A stretch of 64,000 nucleotides of DNA from Candidatus Woesearchaeota archaeon (GTDB lineage: Archaea > Nanobdellota > Nanobdellia > Pacearchaeales > GW2011-AR1). The notes under the pieces are model-generated. The model saw only the letters and a list, made by a program, of their open reading frames with translations. It made no database searches and was not told the origin of the DNA. This document shows positions 9,927 to 16,449 of this stretch, piece by piece (within the stretch, counting starts at the first letter, position 1; every line of letters starts with the position of its first letter). The stretch is from the NCBI GenBank assembly GCA_964495875.1, contig CAZBWB010000001.1, forward strand, positions 10,269 through 74,268, written 5' to 3'. The position numbers and the translations under genes are program-made.

Positions 9927-11099
9927 ATGTGTCCTGAAAAAAAAATTGGGATTGAAAAAATAGTAGCTTATGTTCCGGGTTATTTTGTAAAACACGGTCT
10001 CTTAGACACTCGTAGAGGAAGAGAACCCCTGGAAACTTATAATAAACTCGGACAGAAACTTATGGCTGTGCCTGCTTCTTGTGAAGATGCTGTCACTCTG
10101 GCTGCCAATGCAGCAAGAAAAATATTGAAAAATATTTCTCCAGAAGAAATAGGAATGTTGTTCGCCGCAACTGAAAGCGGAGTTGATCAGTCAAAAGCAC
10201 TATCGACCTATTTACATGGACTTTTACATCTGCCATCTGATGTTGAAAATTCTGAAACAAAATTTGCTTGTCTTGCAGGAATAAATGCCCTTGGTCAAGC
10301 TTTTAACTGGATTAAAACAGGACAAAACAGAGGAAGATCTGCACTTATAGTGTGTTCAGACATAGCAAGGTATAGAAAGGGTTCTAGTCCTGAGCCGACA
10401 CAAGGAGCAGGAGCAGTGGCTATGCTTATTTCTGAAAATCCAAGTCTTGTAATCCTTAATGAACACAGAGGAATCTATTCTAAAGATGTTATGGATTTTT
10501 GGCGCCCGTTAAATTCTGAATATGCAGAGGTTAATGGAAGATTATCTATTGTACATTACTTAAGTGCAATTAAAGGAGCATATAGGGATTACAGAAAAAA
10601 AGGAGGAATGGCAGACCCTGACAGATTAGTCTTTCATACACCTTTTGCAAAATTGCCAAGACAAATCGGAGCCGAGCTTATTAAGATTATTGGGGAGGAA
10701 GAAGATTTAGGTGAATTTTCTGATGCTAAAATTAAAGAACTCGTTGAAAGAAAAATTGGTCCATCATTAATATATCCTGAATTAGTTGGAAATATATATA
10801 CTGCTTCAACTCTGCTTGCATTATTGAGTTTAATAGAAAATGAAAATTGTAAGGAAAAGACTCTTGGAATAGGAGCTTATGGCAGTGGTTGCGGTTCAAT
10901 ATTTCTTTCAGGAAAGGTTATCTGTGATAAATATAATTCTGGATTTAAAGAAGAGCTGGAAGACCGTATTGAATTACCTCCTAAAAAATATGACAGAGTT
11001 GTTTATGGTGGAGAAAGATTAGACATACCTGAACAAAAAGGCTGTGTCATAAAGAAAATAGGTGAGCGGGGTGACAGGTATTATGAATTCTTGGATTAA
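9927..11099 (+). CDS. Hydroxymethylglutaryl-CoA synthase (thiolase fold)
   Basis: ATESGVDQSKA, TKFACLAG (catalytic Cys context), HTPFAKL, GSGCG. Confidence 0.75.
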   Translation: MCPEKKIGIEKIVAYVPGYFVKHGLLDTRRGREPLETYNKLGQKLMAVPASCEDAVTLAANAARKILKNISPEEIGMLFAATESGVDQSKALSTYLHGLLHLPSDVENSETKFACLAGINALGQAFNWIKTGQNRGRSALIVCSDIARYRKGSSPEPTQGAGAVAMLISENPSLVILNEHRGIYSKDVMDFWRPLNSEYAEVNGRLSIVHYLSAIKGAYRDYRKKGGMADPDRLVFHTPFAKLPRQIGAELIKIIGEEEDLGEFSDAKIKELVERKIGPSLIYPELVGNIYTASTLLALLSLIENENCKEKTLGIGAYGSGCGSIFLSGKVICDKYNSGFKEELEDRIELPPKKYDRVVYGGERLDIPEQKGCVIKKIGERGDRYYEFLD

Positions 11100-11165
11100 T
11101 ATTCAAATTTATAATCAAAAGATATTTAAATTATAATTAACACCATATTAATACAGAATTAACAT

Positions 11166-11405
11166 ATGAAAATGGTAAAAGCGATTGTGAATATTGATGA
11201 AAGTGCAAACAGAATATTAAACATAGTAAAGGCTAAGGAAAATTTAAAAGACAAAAGTGAAGCCATAAATCTTATCTTAACAATGTATGGAAAAGAAATG
11301 TTGGAATCTGAATTAAAACCTGAATTTATTAATGAACTTTTAAAAGCTCAAAATGAGGAAACTGTTAAAATAACTGACTGGAAGAAGCATTTTGGATTAG
11401 ACTAA
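11166..11405 (+). CDS. Putative antitoxin of a RelE/ParE pair
   Basis: 79-aa ORF immediately upstream of the RelE-like gene. N-terminal beta-strand/helix pattern KAIVNIDESANRILNIVKA. Confidence 0.55.
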   Translation: MKMVKAIVNIDESANRILNIVKAKENLKDKSEAINLILTMYGKEMLESELKPEFINELLKAQNEETVKITDWKKHFGLD

Positions 11406-11447
11406 AATAACATTTAATTTTAAAAGATAAAGATATAAAAATTAAAC

Positions 11448-11714
11448 ATGTATAAGATTAAAGTCAGAAAAGAGGTTGAGAGGGTTCTTAAAAAACTTGC
11501 TAAAAAAGATAAGATAAGTTCATTTTATATTTCAAAGAAAGTTGAAGAAATTCAGGAAAATCCTTATAGATTTAAACCATTGAAAAAACCGCTTCAGGGA
11601 TTTTGGAGAGTCCATATAGGCAATTATGTTCTTGTTTATTCAATAGATGAGAAAAACAAAACAGTTATAATAGAAAGATACAAACACCATGATGAAGTTT
11701 ATAAGGCGAAATAA
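11448..11714 (+). CDS. relE: RelE/ParE-family toxin
   Basis: 88 aa; NPYRFKPLKKPLQGFWRVHIGNYVLVYSIDEKNKTVIIERYKHH. Confidence 0.75.
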   Translation: MYKIKVRKEVERVLKKLAKKDKISSFYISKKVEEIQENPYRFKPLKKPLQGFWRVHIGNYVLVYSIDEKNKTVIIERYKHHDEVYKAK

Positions 11715-11778
11715 TTTATTTTCAACACAACCATTATACTAACATAATCCTTAAATAATTAAAATTTTTTTATTCATT

Positions 11779-12237
11779 ATGGCTTTAAATCAGGAATCAA
11801 TAAAATCAGCTAAAGACTTAGAGCAATTTACTTTTTCTGAACTTAATGAATATGCAAGAGCAAATCAAGGGAGTTTCAAATCTTTTTATGACAGAGGAAT
11901 CATAACTAATGGTTTATTGAAAAAAGTTGTTATCAACCAGGCAAAAAAAGATTATAATTGGATGACTGATGAGAGAAGAGGTTATAATATCTGGGCAGAC
12001 CATCTTGGAAAACTTGCATCTTTGTGTTTTGCTTATGCTCTGAAAGAAGGTAAATTTTCTGGAGAAGAAATTAAAAAGATTTATTTTGGAGATATGAATT
12101 TCAATGAATTTTTAAAAGAGTATAATAGAGAAGATTTGCCCAGCATATTAATTCAAAAACTCCTTAATCCAAAACCGCATCCAGAAATAAGAGATAATCC
12201 TTATTGTGATATTCATCCTGCATGTTGCGGGGATTAA
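11779..12237 (+). CDS. Hypothetical protein
   Basis: 152-aa ORF; no motif recognised. Confidence 0.5.
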   Translation: MALNQESIKSAKDLEQFTFSELNEYARANQGSFKSFYDRGIITNGLLKKVVINQAKKDYNWMTDERRGYNIWADHLGKLASLCFAYALKEGKFSGEEIKKIYFGDMNFNEFLKEYNREDLPSILIQKLLNPKPHPEIRDNPYCDIHPACCGD

Positions 12238-13062
12238 TTAATTTTTGTAAGGATTTTCTAAAGAATTCAGAAATGATTCATAATCCTTACCTGTTGTTTT
12301 TTTAAGCCATTCAGAAGAATCCCAGCCGACTTTAGAAGAATACTTGCCAATTTGTTTTAACATTTTTGTAAGGACAGAAGTTCTTTTATGAGTATTCAAT
12401 TCCTCATGAAAATCGCTTATCATATCAACCAGTCTCTCTCCTGCTTCTTCTTCAGACATATTATCAAGAAAATCATTTTCATCAATTGAAAATGTCTTTT
12501 TATTATCATAATTAGGGATAAATTCCTGCATGTCCAGTTCAGTAAATTTTCCTTCTAAATCAGGTTTTCCCCTTTTATATCCCACATATCCGATTCTTTT
12601 CCCCTGGTTTATCTGGGACAGACAGCAATAGTAATATGCAAGAGCATTTTCAGTTATTTTATTTAATATTTCTTCATCAGTAATTCCTTTTTCATCAAAT
12701 TCCATAATTTCATAGCCATGATAAGAAATCCCTACCATTCTTCTAAAAATATCATGAGATACTCCAAACTCAAATTCTTTTTCTCTTTTAGAGGTTTTTA
12801 GATATTCTTTCCATACTTGTAATGATTCTTCAGACGCTAGCATTAAAGGTTCTTTTTCAGGAAACATTCCTTTTATAAGAATAATTCCTCCCAAGCTTGT
12901 TATATTGGCAAATTGATAATATAAAGGATATATAATAGATGTAATCAGATTCTTATAATCTTCCTCTTTTATCAAATCCTTGCCGAAGCATTCTTTTAAT
13001 AAAAAGTTAAAAAAATCTACAGGAATTTTGGTTCTGGTGCTTATTCTCTGTTTTTCATTCAT
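12238..13062 (-). CDS. Hypothetical protein
   Basis: 274-aa ORF abutting the previous gene tail-to-tail; no motif recognised. Confidence 0.5.
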   Translation of the reverse strand: MNEKQRISTRTKIPVDFFNFLLKECFGKDLIKEEDYKNLITSIIYPLYYQFANITSLGGIILIKGMFPEKEPLMLASEESLQVWKEYLKTSKREKEFEFGVSHDIFRRMVGISYHGYEIMEFDEKGITDEEILNKITENALAYYYCCLSQINQGKRIGYVGYKRGKPDLEGKFTELDMQEFIPNYDNKKTFSIDENDFLDNMSEEEAGERLVDMISDFHEELNTHKRTSVLTKMLKQIGKYSSKVGWDSSEWLKKTTGKDYESFLNSLENPYKN

Positions 13063-13152
13063 GATTGGTAAATCTCTTTTTCTTTTTTAAAACTTTCCTA
13101 AACATTCCAAAAATATCTAAAAATTTAAAATATATCTTTCTTATCATAATTC

Positions 13153-13983
13153 ATGTATCAAAAATATCTCATAGTTGCCAGCAAAAAAGATAGTGCAGGA
13201 ATAAATATCACGACTCAGCTCAGTCAGTTCAGGAAAAATCCTGTTTTGTCTGCAATGAACAAAGATGCTTCTTCTTTTGATTTTTATCTTGTTGATGAAG
13301 AAATAATCTATACAGAAAATCTGGATTTGGAAAAAATCAACAATTATGATTTTATTATTTTCGCTTCAAAACACAAATCAGAGAAAAATGAAAAAACTCT
13401 CTCTGTCCATGCTCCTGGTAACTGGAGAGAGGCAGAGTTGGGAGGTAAACGGGGAGAGGTTTCAAGAACTTCTGCATTATTTCAGAAACAAATTTTTGAA
13501 AAATTAAAAGCCAATGCAAAATTGCATAGTTTAAGGGATTATAAAATAACTCTTGAATGCACCCATCACGGTCCTTTGATTGACAAGCCTTGCATTTTTA
13601 TAGAAATCGGTTCAACAGAAACAGAATGGAATGACAGAAGAGCAGCATTTATTGTCGCAGTAACAATAAGAGATATAATTCAGGGATTTAAAGAAAATCA
13701 GTATAATGAAGTAGCAATAGGAATTGGAGGACCGCATTACTGCCCTAATTTCAACAAGATACAATTAAAATCAAATATTGCCATCTCCCACATTATACCA
13801 TGGTATGTCCTTCCATTAAATGAGGAAATGGTAAAACAGGCAATTGAAAAAACAGTAGAAGAGGTTGATTTTGCACTTCTTGACTGGAAAGGGCTCGGAA
13901 ATGCAGAAGAAAGACAGAGGATAATTCAGATTCTTAACAAACTTTATCTGAGATACAAAAAAATGAGTGATATTGAGAAGTGA
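13153..13983 (+). CDS. dtdA: D-aminoacyl-tRNA deacylase, archaeal DTD2 type
   Basis: FASKHKSE, VHAPGNW, ECTHHGP, GGPHY. Confidence 0.8.
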   Translation: MYQKYLIVASKKDSAGINITTQLSQFRKNPVLSAMNKDASSFDFYLVDEEIIYTENLDLEKINNYDFIIFASKHKSEKNEKTLSVHAPGNWREAELGGKRGEVSRTSALFQKQIFEKLKANAKLHSLRDYKITLECTHHGPLIDKPCIFIEIGSTETEWNDRRAAFIVAVTIRDIIQGFKENQYNEVAIGIGGPHYCPNFNKIQLKSNIAISHIIPWYVLPLNEEMVKQAIEKTVEEVDFALLDWKGLGNAEERQRIIQILNKLYLRYKKMSDIEK

Positions 13984-14040
13984 TTAGAAAATATCTTAAA
14001 TCATATAAATATTTAAAAAAATTGAATTTATCTTATCAAT

Positions 14041-14601
14041 ATGAAAGGATACAGAATAAATGACGGATATTTTATAGTGATGCCTTTCGAGAGAGGAGAA
14101 AGGACTGTTGAAGTTCATCCGCTTTTTGCCAATATTGAAAAATATTTAAAAGATGAACCTAACAAAGGTACATTAGGCTGGTTTGTAGAAAAAGCAGTGA
14201 TTGCAAGAGAAAATAATACTGACTTAAAATTGACTTCCGGCGAAGTCAAGAGATTGGGAAGATATCTTCCTTTTGATACAGATATTTCTGAAATTCAACA
14301 AAATAATGATATGTATTGGAGGCTTGTAAAAGCCATAGTTGCAAAAGAAGGAGTTGGTAAATATATTCTGGCAAATCTTGTGAAGAATTTGTTTGTTTGG
14401 GAGCACAATGAATTAGTTACAGTAGGAATAATAAGCAAGTCTGATGTGATTGCACTTAACTGTCCTGATACTTTTGAGGATGCTTTCAGAAAACAGCAAA
14501 ATCTTGAAAATCTCATCAGTCAGGTAAGAATATTTGAACACGATGAAGAATATAGGGAGGGTGATTTTTCTAATCTCCCTCAATCAGCGGAACAAATCTA
14601 A
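14041..14601 (+). CDS. Hypothetical protein
   Basis: 186-aa ORF whose 3' end overlaps the pcm 3' end convergently. Confidence 0.5.
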   Translation: MKGYRINDGYFIVMPFERGERTVEVHPLFANIEKYLKDEPNKGTLGWFVEKAVIARENNTDLKLTSGEVKRLGRYLPFDTDISEIQQNNDMYWRLVKAIVAKEGVGKYILANLVKNLFVWEHNELVTVGIISKSDVIALNCPDTFEDAFRKQQNLENLISQVRIFEHDEEYREGDFSNLPQSAEQI

Positions 14602-15169
14602 AACCAGGATATTTTTGAATTTTATTTTTTTCTTTGCCTTTCTTGACAACCACAATTGAATTTCTTACAGGAGCTACTAAAATTCCTCCAATCACTAATT
14701 GCTCTATTAATTTTTCAGGAATTTTATCAGATGCAGCGCTTGTTAAAATTCTGTCATAAGGAGCATTTTTTATATAACCTTTAGAACCATCTCCGTAAAC
14801 TATTTTTACATTTCTGCAATTCTTTAATTTTTCCTTGGAACTTTTAACCAAACTTTCCACTCTTTCAATTCCGATAATTTTTCCGTTTGGATTAAGTTTA
14901 GAAAGCAAGTTAAGCACATAACCGCTTCCAGAACCGACTTCCAGAATATTCTGTTTGCCTTTGACTTCAAGCAGTGTCAGCATAAATGAGATAGTATAGG
15001 GCTGGGAAATTGTTTGCCCGTGTCCGATTGGCAGGGGAATGTCTGCATAAGCGAATTTCTCTCCTCCTTTAGGGATAAATTTGCTCCTGTCAACTTCTTC
15101 AAATGCCTGAATAATTTTCTCAGGAAAATTATGTTTCCTCAAACTTGCAATTAAATCCTCTTTTTTCAT
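14570..15169 (-). CDS. pcm: Protein-L-isoaspartate O-methyltransferase
   Basis: GHGQTISQPYTISFML and the SAM motif ILEVGSGSGY. Confidence 0.85.
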   Translation of the reverse strand: MKKEDLIASLRKHNFPEKIIQAFEEVDRSKFIPKGGEKFAYADIPLPIGHGQTISQPYTISFMLTLLEVKGKQNILEVGSGSGYVLNLLSKLNPNGKIIGIERVESLVKSSKEKLKNCRNVKIVYGDGSKGYIKNAPYDRILTSAASDKIPEKLIEQLVIGGILVAPVRNSIVVVKKGKEKNKIQKYPGFRFVPLIEGD

Positions 15170-15191
15170 ATTTATCCAGATATTTTAAAAC

Positions 15192-15283
15192 ACGCCCTGG
15201 GGCAGCTCAGAAAATCAAAGATTTTCTGGGACATTCAAGATTTGCATCTTGAAGTGAATCGAACCTGCGAACAGGTTCAATAA
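15192..15283 (-). other. Orphan tRNA 3' fragment (T-arm plus acceptor 3' strand) with a ~50-nt two-hairpin insertion in the T-arm
   Basis: ACGCCCTGG (15192-200) and GAATCGAACCTGCG (15256-69) repeat the 3' end of the adjacent tRNA-Ser (15283-91, 15296-309). The inserted segment contains perfect hairpins at 15208-28 and 15234-53. Confidence 0.5.
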
Positions 15284-15422
15284 CGCCCTGGACAGGAATC
15301 GAACCTGCGGGCCCCGAAGGGCGTGGATGTTTGCTCCTTCTCTTTTAAGGGAGGTTGACGGTCAAGGAACCGTAGGTGCCTTACCTTAGCAATCCACTGC
15401 AATACCACTATGCGACCAGGGC
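15284..15422 (-). tRNA. tRNA-Ser(GCU) with a ~58-nt intron at canonical position 37/38
   Basis: Acceptor GCCCTGG/CCAGGGC+G. Anticodon arm GTGGA-TTGCTA..A-TCCAC. Long variable arm GCCCTTCGGGGCC. T-arm GCAGG-TTCGATT-CCTGT. The intron 3' end AGCAA pairs with the anticodon loop, as in a bulge-helix-bulge (BHB) splice motif. Confidence 0.85.
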
Positions 15423-15482
15423 ATATTATTATGGAATTATCAGAGATTTAAATTATTTGCTTTTTTGTGAATAAAATGAAAA

Positions 15483-15683
15483 TAGCGGGGATAGGATTTG
15501 AACCTATGACCTCCGGGTTTCCCATGCAACTTCCATCAGAGGCAATTTAAGAAGTTGCCTATCCGCATCGGAAGGAGGTTGACTGTCAAGGAACCTTGGT
15601 CCTTTACATTATGGGCCCGACGAGCACTCCAGATTGAGCTCCATCAAATCTTTTATAACTTGACGAATCTGCTCCACCCCGCT
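15483..15683 (-). tRNA. Initiator tRNA-Met(CAU) with two introns (D-loop ~34 nt; anticodon loop ~89 nt)
   Basis: AGCGGGG...CCCCGCT+A (A1:U72). Three G:C pairs closing the anticodon stem (GGG/CCC), anticodon CAT, T-arm ATAGG-TTCAAAT-CCTAT. The intron 3' end ATGGG pairs with CCCAT. Confidence 0.8.
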
Positions 15684-15735
15684 ATATAACATTCATCTTG
15701 ATTAAATTTATAAACCTTTTTAATTTTCAAAATTA

Positions 15736-16401
15736 ATGCTCACGCTTGGAATAGATGATGCTGGTCGAGGTCCGGTAATAGGACCAATGGTATTGGCAGG
15801 ATGTCTTGTAGATGAGAAAACAAAAAAAGTATTCAGGAGATTAGGAGTTAAAGACAGCAAGCAATTAACTCAAAAAAGACGAGATGTTCTGGCAGAAAAA
15901 ATAAAAGAAAAAGCAGAAACTTTTGAAATAGTTGTAGTTCCTCCTGTGATAATTGACGGTGACGGACCAAACAGAATAAAATTAAATGAGATAGAAGCAG
16001 AAGCTTGCGCAGAAATAATAAACAGGATAAATAAAGGTTTTAAAAACATAAAAGTGATAATTGACTGTCCTTCTCCTAATTTAACAAGATGGGGAGATTT
16101 CTTAAAGATGAAAATTAAAAATTTATCCAATCTTGAAATCTCATGTGAGCATAAAGCAGACAAAAATCATATCTCTGTTTCAGCAGCCTCTATACTGGCG
16201 AAAGATATCAGAGAAAAAGAGATGACTCTTTTAAGAAACAGATACGGAAACAGCATTGGTTCTGGATATTGCTCAGACCGTTTAACTCAGGAATTTTTGC
16301 AGAAAAACATAAAAAAATACAAAGATCACGGGATATTCAGAAAAACCTGGAAAACTTGGGACCGTGCATTGGGAAAAGCACAACAGAAAAAATTATTTTA
16401 A
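15736..16401 (+). CDS. rnhB: Ribonuclease HII
   Basis: LGIDDAGRGPVIGPMVLAG, ADKNHISVSAASILAK. Confidence 0.85.
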   Translation: MLTLGIDDAGRGPVIGPMVLAGCLVDEKTKKVFRRLGVKDSKQLTQKRRDVLAEKIKEKAETFEIVVVPPVIIDGDGPNRIKLNEIEAEACAEIINRINKGFKNIKVIIDCPSPNLTRWGDFLKMKIKNLSNLEISCEHKADKNHISVSAASILAKDIREKEMTLLRNRYGNSIGSGYCSDRLTQEFLQKNIKKYKDHGIFRKTWKTWDRALGKAQQKKLF

Positions 16402-16449
16402 GCCAAAGAGTTCCTCAACTTTTAAAAATCTCCCTTCTTTCTTGATATA

